Positions 1-13,643 of a stretch of DNA of 64,000 nucleotides are shown piece after piece (positions within the stretch are counted from its first letter, which is position 1; each line of letters opens with the position of its first letter). A program made the translations under genes and the position numbers. Under the pieces are notes generated by a model that ran no database searches, was not told the origin of the DNA, and saw only the letters and a list, made by a program, of their open reading frames with translations. This stretch comes from Owenia fusiformis (taxonomy: Eukaryota). The stretch is taken from NCBI GenBank assembly GCA_903813345.2, contig CAIIXF020000001.1, forward strand, positions 42,656,001 to 42,720,000, in the 5' to 3' direction.

Positions 1-3000
1 ACATGATTTATCTCATTCAGATGATCCAGTTATTTATATTATTAAAATGCGATTTTGGCGTTCGTGATTACAGCGTATAACTGATATCAATGAAGAGCGA
101 TATATTTGAGATAGATACTTAAACGTGCCTGTCTAAATGTCTGATCTGCTTACCCGATCGGATCATTGACAGAAGTCATCATTTCAAGAGCTCATCACCA
201 TTCCGCACTTAGCCTAAACACAAACAAATCTTAGAAAATGATAAAATTAAGTATGCCAAGATAGAGTAATAATTATGATTTACATTCCTGTAAAATGCAC
301 GTTTATAGAAATGAGTTTGTTCTTTACATGGGCTTTCTAATTGAAAGCCCATGTTCTATATCAGAAAGCCATCTGGGGTCTCTAAGTATTAATGCATATG
401 TAATAGGGACCCGGGATTGCCCCTAAGTGCTCGAGTGCTTGAGAAATCTGTCACGATACGAGCGTATCGATATTCAATTTGAAAATCGAAAAATAATTGT
501 ATCGTTTCTTGAACTTGAACTATTAAAACCAAGCCTGTTTCAACATTTTCTGCACGGGAGGAAATTACTATCAAAATGTGACAAAGAGCTTTTCTTTACT
601 TGAAGATAATTGACGAATCTAAAAGATACATCATTCTGTCTTCATACTCACAGTCCCTGATATTACTAGCTATCTAGTGAGATCGTTTGCCTTATCATAT
701 GGGACCGTTTCAAATATCAAAAATGAAGTCAACTCCTTTGTCACATAAATAGTTAATGTAAACTCGAGTATTGTATTGTTCAATATTTAAAGGGTCCCTA
801 CACTACTTTCAGTTTAATTAGTTTTTCCAAATTCGAACTCGGCAAGGTTTGTCTCATTTACAAAGTGTTAATTTGCGATATCTTATTTGAGCTATTTAGT
901 ATTCGATTCGTATACATATTGAACTCATGGACTAATAAGGTTAACAAGGTCGTAATGAATGAGTTGCACAAATAACAATCAATGAAATGATTTTATCAGC
1001 ATACCAATCTATAGAAGATAAATTTCATACATAATATATTTAATGTGATAAATTGCGATACACATCAATTGAAAAGCTATTGGTTTATAGTAACAATAAA
1101 TCAGAAAATAAATAAAATCACTGTTTTACTACCACCTACAAGCAATAGAGTCAATGTCATCAAACGACAATATGAATTACAAAAAATGTAATAATACTAT
1201 TTCACCCGGTGAAGCAGAGCAAGAAAAATATCGTAAGCAAGCAATAGTTTTGTGTGATAAATGTAGTTCATGAATTAATTGTATTTAAATTGTATTAAAC
1301 ACGAAAATCAGACTACTCGCGTAGTTGCTGGATTACCACAATGATAAAATCTTATTTGCTTTGAATTATCAAATTAACAAATTATGGTAGTTTTTTTACC
1401 ATTCTCGGAAAGGAATAAGGCAAGATGTAAATTTTGTCCGAAATATAGTTCCGTATAGATTCTTTCTGTTTGGCATTCTTTGTTCGACCGATAAAAGCGA
1501 CTGTTTGGCAGTGTGGCATGAGATTGTTGTATATGTCTCTACTGACATTAATCATTTTAGCGAAGTTCGATTGAAAATTCCTTTTTTCCAGAGCCAAGAT
1601 TTGCCTAGGATGAGTAAACATGCTCTTAAAGTCAAAGTTTTTGTTTGATTTATCATTAATTGTATAGGTTACGTCTTCCAAAATTCTTAAACAGGTGGCC
1701 CCCTATTGCTGACAGGAACAAATCATAGCTTTACTGATATGCTATGTTTGTTAATATGTTCTTTGGACTTATTTGTCTACGAATTGATGGATTTATCTAG
1801 TTCTGCCCCTGGTGGTAACCGATTAACTGAAATCATTGAACGAGGTACTTGTATAGGTATTTCATGAGGTCTATATGCAAGCAGTTCTTCTACTTTACTC
1901 TAAGAGCAGACTGAACAATATCGCTAAAACATACGAATAGTGTATTCACACGAGATTAAGAAAAAGATAAATGAGCCTGTATATTTTCCTTTCTTTTAGA
2001 ATTAAGATTAATACGATAGATTAATTTTAGCTACATTGTCCCTAATGTGGACATTGTATTTGTTTTCAAACAAATGAACACTATTTTTCTAAAAACATCC
2101 ATTCTCGGATTTGCAATAAAATTAATTACCTTCTGAAACAATTTCAGTCAGGTAGTTTTGTCGACATATCCGTATTTCTAAAATATATCGTGGCATTCAG
2201 CTAACATTAATAAATTTGACACTTCCTGAAATCAATCACACGGCCAACGTCGAACTCATTCCGATCTTATATAAAATACAATTAGATAAACAAAACGGTG
2301 ATTAAACAAAGTGGATAATGCAATTTCACACCCTGCTTCCCGTTTTAAATTGTATATAAGTAATTAGTGACTATAAAACATATTATGGCTTGCTGGTTCA
2401 TGTGATGATTCATGGGCATGATAAGAGAACATCCCAAATGAAGAATATATAGTTGTACTTTGGTTCTTGGTAAGTTAAGTCTTACTTACATTATTATTCC
2501 ACTACTGTATCGACATAATCTGTTAATATTGGATTTAATAAGAAAAACATTTAGACGAGGAGATGTGTAATCACCGAGCTGGGACTAATGATGACCTATA
2601 AAAAGAAAGCCTAAGCCTGCATTAATGACACAGTTACCTGGTTAGTCTAATCATAAACGAAAAAATTTTATTTTTCAAGGAGTAACAATGATACTTAAGA
2701 TATATTTTTACCGCTAATTCGTATCTTGGAAATAGTATTGCGCAATGGAATGTTGTTTACAGCATTAGTAGCGACTTAGTAGCGTTATAGACACGACCTC
2801 TCGTCAATTGCATTAATTAGCTCTAGTAGCATAAATGTCCGTTGTCGATTGATCAAATGGGACATATTGTATTGTTGATGAATCCGAGGATCTATTTACA
2901 GTAACAAAAGTTGACTCATCGATTAGACCAATCTAAAAGTGTAAAATAACAAGTAAAACGCTCTCTTTTAGCACTCATTTCTGTATATCAAACAAAGGAA

Positions 3001-3062
3001 TTTTCTTGACAATACTAGATATGATCGTCTGTAAACAGTGCAAACGTGTATACATGTCAGGC

Positions 3063-3231
3063 CTTAGTCATATTTGCTTTACGGCAGGCGTAGGGCGGCC
3101 GTAGCTTCACAAAATCGATATACAAAATGTAAACCGCATTGTCCCAATATCTTAGGCTGCATACATTTATTTCTCCCGATTTTGGGAGGTTACGGCCGCC
3201 GTACGATTGCCGTAGATCAAATATGACTGAG
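3063..3231. mobile_element. Short fold-back/MITE-like element with imperfect ~45 bp terminal inverted repeats
   Basis: TTAGTCATATTTG..TACGGCAGGCGTAGGGCGGCCGTAGC (3064-3105) pairs with GTTACGGCCGCCGTACGATTGCCGTA..CAAATATGACTGA (3189-3230). Confidence 0.5.
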
Positions 3232-4559
3232 ACATTAATCGCACAAATGTGAGACAAAGTAAGAACATGTAGATTTATGTACGGTGTGAACATTTATCAG
3301 AATTCGATCTATAAGAAAATACACAATATGATAGAAATTGTATTTTTCGATCGCTGATATGATATGGGATCCATTAAGTGAAAACGGATACACAACTTGC
3401 GTCATCACTGATTTACAGGTCGCGATCAAACGTGAATATTGTAATTTTCTTTCTTATTTGACGAATGCAATATTACATATATTAACGAGTGCCTCTCGAT
3501 TTATTGTCCATTCTCCTTAAATTATTCACCTTATCCATGGCCAGTTATTGGTCAATCAAATGATCGCTAAGTTCGGAGTATAATGGTTGCAGTACCTGTT
3601 GGTTGCAGTACCTGTTGCTCATGAACGTTCTTTCCATTGCATAATAGTTATTTCGTCTATTAATCATGGCATCTGGCATCAAGGCGACTGCTTGTATGTA
3701 ATTTAATATAACATTAAATTTTATAAATCAATATACAATGTGTACGATGAAAGTAGGAACGGGGAAAATAATCGGAGAAAATATAACATTGTTTCATCCA
3801 GTCTGCAATATGTGCAGTCAGCAATTTTTTGTCTAAATGCACATTTTATATATCTAAGATCAAATCTATATAGTACCCATATATTACCCCATCTCCAACT
3901 ACATATATTTTCATTGTCAAGTACTGGAAATTTTTCTAAATTGTTCTTCAGCTACACTACGTACGTAATGTAATGACATATTAGCATTAATGAAATTTCC
4001 GATTGTTTTTGACGTTTTGATTTTGATAATGGAGACATTAAGCTTGAAATGTGCTTCACAACGTAACCGTGAACGCAAAGTCCACAAATCAATACATACA
4101 GTCATGTTTTATATAGCGCGCATACAATACAGGCGCCAGCTAGTCTATTGCAGATACCCGAACAGTTTCAGTTTCGTGTTTACAACGGGAGATTTGCAAT
4201 TTCACGTTGGCATCAACGGGAATCATTATACTCATGTCTATCGAATACTACTCGTATGCTGGCAATTTCGATGCATAGTACACTTATAATCCTTTTTGAA
4301 GAATGCATACATGCTTTAGCTCCAAATACCTTGCGAATCGAGCTTGTTTAAGATGTATCATAGAAAACCAACTATATTTAACTAATAGTAAAGTAATAGT
4401 AAACAGATATTACTGTGGTGTACTTTGACTTTTTTAAATTATGAATGATTTCAATTACCATTATTTTAGAAGGAGGCGAGAACAATATGCTAATTCCATC
4501 AAAAGAAACCTCATGGTAATGTACAATCTGTAGTCTTAAATAACGTCGCTATTTGTGTT

Positions 4560-5030
4560 TATTTGAATTTGAAGTTAGTTAATTTTTTTGTTAGCAGAGA
4601 AGATTACGTGTCATTGATATACAGTAGAAATGAAACAGAGTGGGTCCAATGATAGAGCCTTGGGAGGTTCCATATGGGATTCGATGTTTCTTTGTATGAT
4701 ATCTCATCGTTATATTTTGTTACATGGTTGAGTAAACCTGTAACATATTACAGGTTTGTAAGTCGAAGAAGTAGCAACACGATAGTGTCGAAAGCTTTAG
4801 ACTAGTCGATAAATAATATGGAAATATTACATCTTTTTCTGACTGAACTAGTGTTCCTAAACACTTCAATAGTTATCTACAGCTAGGAAACAGGTCTGGT
4901 AAAACCAGATTGGTGTCCACAAAATATTTTTTCAAGAAAACCAATACAGGGAGAGTTGTCATAAGTCGCTCCGTAACTTTTGAGAATACAAATATTGAAA
5001 GATAGGCCTAGAAATTGGAATGAATGATAA
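4560..5030 (-). pseudogene. Decayed non-LTR retrotransposon (CR1/L2/Jockey-like LINE) reverse transcriptase fragment
   Basis: Minus-strand translation gives RT motifs in the expected order: RPI..FSKV (~5010-4975), QSGF (~4905), FID*SKAFDT (4814-4785), YGTSQGSIIGP (4673-4642, the GVPQGS.LGP motif) and LYIND (~4620). Interrupted by stops and frameshifts. Confidence 0.75.
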
Positions 5031-5049
5031 TTGATAAGTCAACGAAAGT

Positions 5050-5280
5050 CAGGGAAATCCCCACGGCTAAGAGATTCAATTCGGTGACCTCATAATTACA
5101 TTTCCCGCTTACCACCTTTCTGAATACGATGTGATGTCATGTTTCAATCGATGTAAACATATTCCTTGAACATCTTTCTTTATCTTGAAATAAAAAACGA
5201 AAACGACTAGATTTGGCTAGATTTCAAAAGCTGTATGGAAACTGTAATTATCTCCAATAAGCTTTTAGAATACATCATGC
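5050..5280 (+). mobile_element. Degenerate copy of the 10-bp-TSD MITE family (see 13278-13643)
   Basis: AGGGAAATCCCC..CATAATTAC..GCTTACCACCTT..CATATTCC..CTTTCTTTATCTTGA is colinear with 13283-13441. Confidence 0.5.
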
Positions 5281-7699
5281 GTCAGGGCTTGACCTCCTTT
5301 TATAATGAAGCCGGGGACAACACGCGGGCTTATAACAGTGTGAATGTAATAACAATAAAAATCATCTTTGATTAACTGATCTTTCAAATGAAGCTGATTA
5401 ACCCAAATAAGCTGTCCGCGATATGGACTTTGTAATTAACGCAATGTGAAACGTGGTCGTCTGCAAGTAGTGATAATTAGAGCTGCAAATGGAGTTGATG
5501 AGTGAATATGGTAATGTCTTGGCGAAGTTGAGCAAATAATTATTACGAAAAACTCCAGTTTCTGCAGGCTCTCAGTAAAATGGTGATATATATCATCTAC
5601 ATCATCTCTAGATAATACAATTCTTATTCTCGTGTCTATGTCTACTCTTGATACATCTGACACGTTCCAAAAAAGGCGTGTAACCCACGAACTATGGTGC
5701 AATGCAACGTATTTACCGTTATAGTACCAAGGCTATTATAATCATACACTAATCAATTACAATTCGTAAAAGGGTTGGTCCTACAAAATAAGTTTAAAGA
5801 TTCCCTACGGTCGCGATCCGAACTTCATAAATCGGAGAACTACGGGCGAACAAAAACCCGGGACGTGCTTCGTTCCTAATTTCAATGTATTTGGCGTTCA
5901 GCTTTTTACTGTATACTCATCAGCCAATAGAATTAGGGGTACACGAAGTTCAAATGTTTTTTCTGCTAATCTATACCATCTTTGTGCATGATGACCCAAG
6001 GTATGTCTGCAAATGATAGTGATTGGTAAGTTAAAACAATGATAATCTATCCTTTGACGTAACATATTTTCGATGGTTTAGTGAATTTTGGTCACGAAAC
6101 GTGCAGAAAGAAGGTTAAAACGATGACTGTCCGTAGCCAGTGTTTGGATTGTTCTGCCGAGATTCCAATGCGGTTTTCACCTCTGCATAATCACATGACT
6201 TTATATCGCCATAGGTGACAGTCACACTGATAAGCAGAAAACACAATCCCCAGTTTACTGTTCGTTTTAGCCCTTATTTACATATCATACATTTTAAGCT
6301 AATCAGTTGGAGGTTCTATCATTTCGACAAAAAGAGACATACAACAATCATGAATAATGATAAATAATGAATGGACCAATTCAATTTCAAGGTTGGATCA
6401 AAATTAGATATAGCCTAAATGATGTCCTCTTTAATAGCTTTTGCCTGCTCATAAGAAAGCTCGTTAATCAAAACGGCGTTGACAATGACCTTTGGATGGA
6501 TGCATTTGATGATTTGAAACGTTCAATTATTCTAATATATGTACATTGGAAGTTCGAGTTTTCCATCTACTTGTCTTTTGGTGGCATTGTCCTTTATGTT
6601 TCAGTTATCCGTATTAAACGTAGACTTTAACTTATTTTCTTCATGAAAGAGGAGGTACAAGATCTCACAACATCGAACTTACTTTTTTTAGATTCAAACT
6701 TCTGTACCTTTTTCTCGTTTGAACTTTTCATTTTTGTATTCTGAAAATCGGACATCGAAGTTACAATTGATCTTTCAATGTAAAAGTTTACAGTGTTTGC
6801 TTTTTTGGTCTTCGATGTTTAGTTTTTGGTTTTCAAAATTGTTTTTTCGCAGTTTGATATGTAACAAGGCTAGTTTGAAATGATTCAAATATGGATGAAA
6901 CGTGAAGTTGCTCATTTGGAATATCAAATATTGTGAAGATTTATTTTTAAATAGATGTTACTAAAATTAAATAAAATCGTTGAAAGTTTGAATTGAAAAG
7001 TGCAAAATTTAATAAAAAAGAAATATGAATTATCAAACATAGAATTGAAAAACAATTGAACGAGAATTTGAAAGTTCGAATCGCAAAAGAAGTGTAATTT
7101 TGAGTTACAAAACAGAGTAAAATATTTCGTTGTTCTACGAATAGATTTTATTTATTCCTCAAAATAGTTTTGTACAACATGTTATTTTAGTTTTAATTTT
7201 GTGTTGTCACTTTGCCAAAAGAAACAGTCTAGCTACACGACCTTGTGACTCATTCTTAGGTAATACTTTATTCCTCCATGTGCCCTTATGTATTTGGAGA
7301 AAGATTAGTGGGTTTTAAGTCTATCGAATGCACTGCCTAATAACAGCAATTAATCTTGATTGGCTCTTTTCAAATGAGTCCAACTATTACAAAACCCAGA
7401 TGTTAGAGTAGATAGTCCAGGGTCTCGAAGCAAGACTACAAAAGAAATTGCTATAACAAAATACATGGAGCAATGTAGCATTAGTTTTTGTTTGATCAAA
7501 ATTAGATATTTCTTCCATGATGTTCTTCCACATGCAAGTATTTCTCCAAATGTCGCTCGTTAATCATGTCAATAAGTGACAATGACCCTTGAATGGATAC
7601 ATTCCATTACTAATGTTTACTTATTCAAATAGATGTACATACAAATCACTAGTTTTCCATATACTTGCCTCAAGTATGTCTTTTGTCTCAAGTATGGTT

Positions 7700-8215
7700 T
7701 TTCATAAATAAGCGTCTGGACGAGAACGTAGGGCTCAGCATCTTAGTGTCACTAGTATGGCTTTGGATTTCCATAAATCGCGTCCGGACGAGAACATAGG
7801 GTTCATCATCTTAGTGTCAGTATGGCTTTTGATAAATAAGCGTCCGGACGAGAACGTAAGGTTTATCATTTTAGTGTCAGTATGGCTTTGCTTTTGATAA
7901 ATAAGCGTCCGGACGGGAACGTAGGGTTCATCATCTTAGAGTCAGTATGGCTTTGGATTTTGATAAATAGGCGTCCGGACGGGAACGTAGGGTTCATCAT
8001 CTTAGAGTCAGTATGGCTTTGGCTTTTGATAAATAAGCGTCCGGACGGGAACGTAGGGTTCATCATCTGAAATTTAGTATGGCCTTGGCTTTTGATAAAT
8101 AAGAGTCCGATCGAGAACGTGAGGTTCATCATCTTAGAGTTATTATGGCTTTGGCTTTTGATAAATAAGCGCCCGGACGAGAACGTAAGGTTCATCATCT
8201 TAGTGTCAGTATGAC
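7700..8215. repeat. Minisatellite, about 8 copies of a 60-66 bp unit
   Basis: Unit GATAAATAAGCGTCCGGACGRGAACGTAGGGTTCATCATCTTAGWGTCAGTATGGCTTTGGCTTTT; the core recurs at about 7717, 7784, 7844, 7909, 7975, 8041, 8106 and 8173. Confidence 0.95.
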
Positions 8216-8899
8216 TGTCCCAGCATCCAGATAGGCTTTGTTCAAATGTGTTCAGCTTTTAGTTTCAACTACGAAGAAACAAAAGTGAAAGCTGTAATGT
8301 TATATATGTCATATACTACATTACAATAGCCTCACTTTTCGAACCAATGCAGTTTCTCTATCAATACAATATGAATCAACACAAATTGAGTTAGATATTC
8401 ACATATTGTATATTAGTCATGGGCGGAGCCAGCTTTCAGTCAGGGGGTGCAAACCCCACATTTTTCGGTTTTCAGTCAGGGAAGAGGAGGGAAAACCCCA
8501 TGATTCAATTGATGACATACGATTTCCTCCTTCGCGCACCTCCTTTCCAGGAAGTACGTATATTTGTTTACCCTCCATCTTGGTTTCAAAGTTTTCATAT
8601 TGACCTAGTTTTAAACCAATCAACGATCGACTTGCTAAACCAATCAGCGACGATGTCATCTCAATACTCTTCAGTCAGGGGAATGCGACCGTGGCATAAA
8701 CGAGCTCAAAAAATGTTTTTTAAGATTTGTTTTGGATTTTACAAAAATGGATGTAACTTCCTTCAAAATATATCATTTTAAAGCTCTTTTCTTCTTCATT
8801 CTAATGGTTTTATTTTTTATTGAGATGGCATGGTTTATCATGAAGGTTGGCATTAGATAATTAAACATGTTTTGAGTTCCAACTCATTTCTGCCAATAT

Positions 8900-10087
8900 A
8901 GATATTGAAGGTCAAAAATGTATTTTATCAACTTGCTTGCCAAATCATTCACAAGTTCTCAGAAGTTCAAATTTGATTTTAGGTTTGAGCTTTGACCTTT
9001 GTTTGACCTCCAATGACCTTCGACAGTTAAAGAGAGTTGATTTTTCAAATTAATTTTGTGGATCCGAAGGATTGGTACCGATATGGCGAACTGAATTCAA
9101 CATTGTTTTTCTCTTAAATCAATTATTGAAAACATTCTGTAAAAAACACGGTCCTTATGTAATCGTCACTGATTGACAACAATTCAATGCGAAAATCATT
9201 TAAACATATTTTTATAACTGTTCTTGTTAACTTTTTTTATTTTTAGTGCAGTTGTTTTTTGTTCCTTTCCACCAATTATTGAAAATGAAATAAAATATCT
9301 TTCCGAACCTTGTTGGAACAAAATAGCATATAAAACATTTTCTTAGACCTCTCAATATTATAGTTATACAAAGGAACATTTGGTTGATTTAACAAAAAGT
9401 ATTCAAAAAATTAAAACAAAACCCCCAAAAATAGATAAAAATTAAAGTAACCCTTTTATTTCATTAACAAGATACTTACCAAACTTTCCTTTTGTACAAT
9501 TACAATATTGGGAGACCTAAACACGTTGTGTTTAGTCATTTTGTTCCAATGATCGAGGTTCGGATAGATGTTTCGTTTCATTCCGTACATATTATACCAA
9601 GAACAAAAGAAGTGTCTGGTGTGTTTTCTAAACAATATAGGGAAAAGTATATATATATTCAAGATATAAATCTACAAACGGTCCTCTGCAGGTTCTTCAA
9701 ATATTAGCATTTGACAACTTATTAAAAATTTCGAAATCTTTCAAGGTCAATTGCCCACATGCATAGTTCATATCTGATCTCACATTTGCGATTTGACCTT
9801 TAATTGACCTTCAGTGACCTTCAAAAGGTAAAAAAATCTTTTTTTTATTTAAAGGGTCACCTTAATTCGAAAAACCTACTGATGTCTAAAAAGTAAAATT
9901 CTCAAGGTCAGAGATATATACGGTTTGATATTTGATTCAATAAAAAATAGAAAAAGGTCATCTATATATATATATTATTCATAAATCTGTTTTTTGTTGT
10001 TGGCAGTCTGGGAAACATACGTAATAAGTGTTACACGTTTGAAACCATTTCCAGGCCTGGTGACATTTTGCCATGTTAATGACTTGT
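8900..10087 (+). mobile_element. Degenerate HINE/Helentron-type element remnant (same family as 43067-43570)
   Basis: Internal TGACCTT/AAGGTCA-rich repeats; 3' end GGTGACATTTTGCCATGTTAATGACTTGT (10058-10087) matches the reverse complement of 43067-43098. Confidence 0.5.
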
Positions 10088-11510
10088 AAGTAAAAATTGA
10101 AGAAATAATCTCATCTCATTTAGTGATGTGATCAAATCAGATCGTATTTCCCATGGTAAGGATCTAATCCTAAAAAATTCTAAGCAGGTTTACACGATAA
10201 CGACCCCCGGGGCCATGTCGTTAGCATAACTCTGTCTAGGTGCATTGATATGCCTTTATCTATTTTGATCGCCAATGCCAAGGGGAATTCCGCCATTGTC
10301 TTTGATGCTGGTCTTCATACAAATCAAATTGAGGGGCGATCTAATTTAGAATCGAGCAAGATTTCCCTTGGCTGGACATAAGGATATTTAACAATACGCC
10401 TAACACATATAATGCTTTTAGGCAATGAATAGATTTTCAAGATTATACAAATCAGTGATCTGATATTGTGATTTAAATTGAAAAGGTCAAAATGGTGATC
10501 TTGATTTAAGGTTTTATATATTTTTCATTTTAGATATCATACTTTTTAGAAGACCATTCTAATTTTTTTTCCTTTTGATAATGCAAAAAATCGCGTTGCG
10601 CTTTAAATAAGTCTCTACTTGTAAATCAAACCTTCGCCTAACGGTTTTACAAAATCCGCGCCAAAAGATTTGACATCGTATCTTAGAAGTATCACTATTA
10701 ATCATGTAACATTCTCAGAGATGAAAACTAGCAATTTCATCGTTCTTCCCTTTATCTTTCAATTTCGTTCATGCATGAGCTCTATCCTGTCTTCATCTTT
10801 GCTAGTAATCACGGATGTTATGTCAATAAGAAATATCGACCCCTATGAGATATCACGGTTGCATCATCAGCTGTGTCATTTTCCTAGGAGCAATGTAATC
10901 CCTCTAGGCATTCCAGATAACATATCGTCTTCACTAATGGGAATTATGCATTCCTTAGCTTTTATTCAAATACATGCACTTCTTATGATTTCTTGTGGTT
11001 CTAACGCATTCGAATTACAAATCATCAGATTGCGTCACTGAGTTCTTAAGTAAACGTTCGATAAAATGGTGCGTCTTGAATCACAAGGTTAATTGTTTGC
11101 TCTTCAACTACATTGTTTTTATCCTGAACGTTGAAGGTGGAAATGGGTGAACGAGCCGATTGTCTACATATCCTATTCAGAGGCGTAGCGATGGGTGCGA
11201 TCGCAGTTTAAGTGCATGTTACATAAAATTGAGCTCTCTTAAAAAACTATATTGGGAAGGGTACAATAAATCGTAATAGAAGTAATGAACACATTAGGCA
11301 CAGTTAAAACATGTTACAAAACAACACATTGTTATAAATGTATTCCCCATTATATAAAAACACATTCACGGTGCTTAATTGAAACACTTTATTCATTTGT
11401 AATACTTTTAGCGAAACCATGCAGCTCATTATGAAGTTATTGAGATAATATACACTTAGACCGATAAGATTCACATATGATCTTAGCCAAGCCAGAACAA
11501 AAAGACGTTG

Positions 11511-11759
11511 CTTTACTTCCAGTAATGCTACTCATTGAGATAGTTAACAGTGGTATGGCTGGCATACGTTCTCGAAACGTGATGCAGAAAGGCCTTGAAC
11601 TCTCTGCGAAAGGAATGGACGTAGTTAATGCATTTTAAGTCTTTACTTCCAGTAATGCTACTCAATGAGATAGTTACAGTGGTATGGCTGGCATGCGTTC
11701 TCGAAACGTGATGCAGAAAGGCCTTGAACTCTCTGCGAAAGGAATGGACGTAGTTAATA
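11511..11759. repeat. Tandem duplication of a ~130 bp unit related to the neighbouring MITE interior
   Basis: CTTTACTTCCAGTAATGCTACTCA...GGAATGGACGTAGTTAAT at 11511 and 11641, nearly identical. Confidence 0.9.
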
Positions 11760-11906
11760 CTTTTTACAAACTTCATGGACTCGCTTTGACGGGAAATGGC
11801 TCCAGAATGTTCAAACTGACTGCGGACAGGCTTGAACTGCTTGGAAACGTTGTACGCAAAAGACGAAGACTATTATATACTCACATGAAGCTGCGAACAC
11901 ACCTAA

Positions 11907-12484
11907 CCCTACTATCACACCAAACTAGTTCTCACTACGTTCTCGAAAACGGGCTAAAACTGTGCACGAACGGATTTGACGTACTAAGAACCCACTAAGA
12001 ACCGTTTGGGATCTGTTTACAAACTTCATGAAACTACTAGAACGAGTAGGTCTTCCAGCACTTAGAGCATGCTAAAAAATTTCTGGTGACCGTCAAAACA
12101 TTGCCGAATCGGTTTTAAACTGTGTGCGAACTGAATGAACGTAGCTACAACGTTCTACGGTCTGTTAACGAACTTCGTGGACTTTCCCGGACGGGGTATG
12201 TGATTTAGAATTTTGAATCGATTCAAAATTCGATGGCGACCATACCGTTCTGTAATCAGGTCATGATGACCTTCTAGACTAAGAGACGGTTTATACTACG
12301 TTGCACACCGACGTGGTGCGACCTGAACGAACTGCGAATGAGATGGACGTAGAAGACTGTTTATGAACGAAGTAGCTAATTATTTTAGACATATATCCCG
12401 ACCGCAGCCAGATTGAGCCCGTTTTACGACATTTTCGTAGGACTGGCAAGAACGGGTAAAAACTAGTTTGGTGTGATAGGGGGG
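11907..12484 (+). mobile_element. PIF/Harbinger-like MITE, copy 1 (internally deleted)
   Basis: TIRs CCCTACTATCACACCAAACTAGTT / AACTAGTTTGGTGTGATAGGGGGG, flanked by TAA and TTA; homologous to 31600-32933 and 33120-33908. Confidence 0.85.
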
Positions 12485-13277
12485 TTACAAGTTTTCACTC
12501 CGTTCTTGAATTTTTTGCCGTTTTGTATTGACATGGGTTAAATGAGGTTGAAAGTTGGTCGTTTAGCGCTATTTTTTTTATCTGAAACGGTCCATGAATT
12601 TAATGCGATTTGGGTGCTTTTGATTACGAATAGATAGGTAAACTGTTAAGTATGTTTCATTGGGAGGGAAGGTGTCAAAAATCTTTGACTTTGAGCTGCC
12701 CAACGACTGCCCAACGACCACAACTTGGCAAATGTTGCTCAAGCTGCAAAACAATTGTGGAACATCGTTTCTTAAACTGAATTGCCTTGTAACCACCATA
12801 TAAGTGTTTGACTCAAAAGACCTTGAACTATTTGAAAAGTAACGTTAAGTTGACCATATTCACATATAGTGACTTGTAATTCCAGATGTAAGCAAGGGCG
12901 TTACAATACCCGGAAATTTATCGGTTCGTGCAGTACTTGTTTGTGATAGCGCCATCTGCAGGTCACTGTGGTTATAGCCTACATAATACGGGGTAGGATA
13001 TCGGGAATTCGGTTCAGTTTCTATCCGTCGATTACGCTATGAATTGAAGCAAGTGTGACCACTTTATCCACTTAAACAATTTGATAATTGATTAAATCGT
13101 TAAACAAAATCGATAAACACGTCATACACTTCCCATCTCCTTAGAAATTAGCATGTATTTATCGGATTGTGTTTTCGGACGATGCTCGACCCAGACCACT
13201 AGGGAAATCCTTATGCTAATTAGTATGACGTCATATTTTCCTGGGGAATCCTAGATTTCAAAGCCTCGGTCTTTTAT

Positions 13278-13643
13278 AAGAGGAGGGAAAGCCCCAGAGT
13301 TTCAAGGTGACAGACATAATTACCTCTCTTGCTTACCACCTTCGTTCGTTCGAATTTTCATCGGCTAGTTATCAAATACTACACTTCGATGGGATGTTAT
13401 AATTGATATATTCATATTCCGTACACCTTTCTTTATCTTGATGTGAAAAGAGAAGCTATGATATTGGTTAACACGCCAGAAATGAACATAATATTATTCG
13501 AAGCGTATTTCGAAAATTTTGAAACCGCCATTGATGACGTCATTTGTTTGTCGACTTTTGACCAATCAGCAACCGTGTCATCTCAATACAGATTTACATT
13601 ATAAGCGTATGTCATCTTTGAACCCTGGTGTTTCTCCCCCTCT
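13278..13643 (+). mobile_element. MITE with 10-bp TSD (Mutator/MULE-like by TSD length), uninterrupted copy
   Basis: Ends AAGAGGAGGGAAAGCCCCAG / CTGGTGTTTCTCCCCCTCT; direct repeat GGTCTTTTAT at 13268-13277 and 13644-13653; colinear with the inverted copy at 31161-34070. Confidence 0.8.

Noticed and set aside
788..810. TTAA|AGGGTCCCTACAC, a Kolobok-like left end
   Set aside because: No matching right end found, so no element could be delimited.
3584..3617. Short local duplications (16 bp here; ~24 bp at 18262-18310; 40 bp at 56706-56780)
   Set aside because: Ordinary slippage duplications with no further structure.
7700..8215. Possible CRISPR array or 22-aa repeat protein (ORF 7866-8198)
   Set aside because: Units abut with no unique spacers and there are no cas genes; the ORF is a by-product of the 66-bp period and is broken by indels.
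8418..8700. GC-richer patch with three TTCAGTCAGGG motifs and overlapping ORFs
   Set aside because: Looks like an eroded TE end; no partner TIR or protein motif can be supported.
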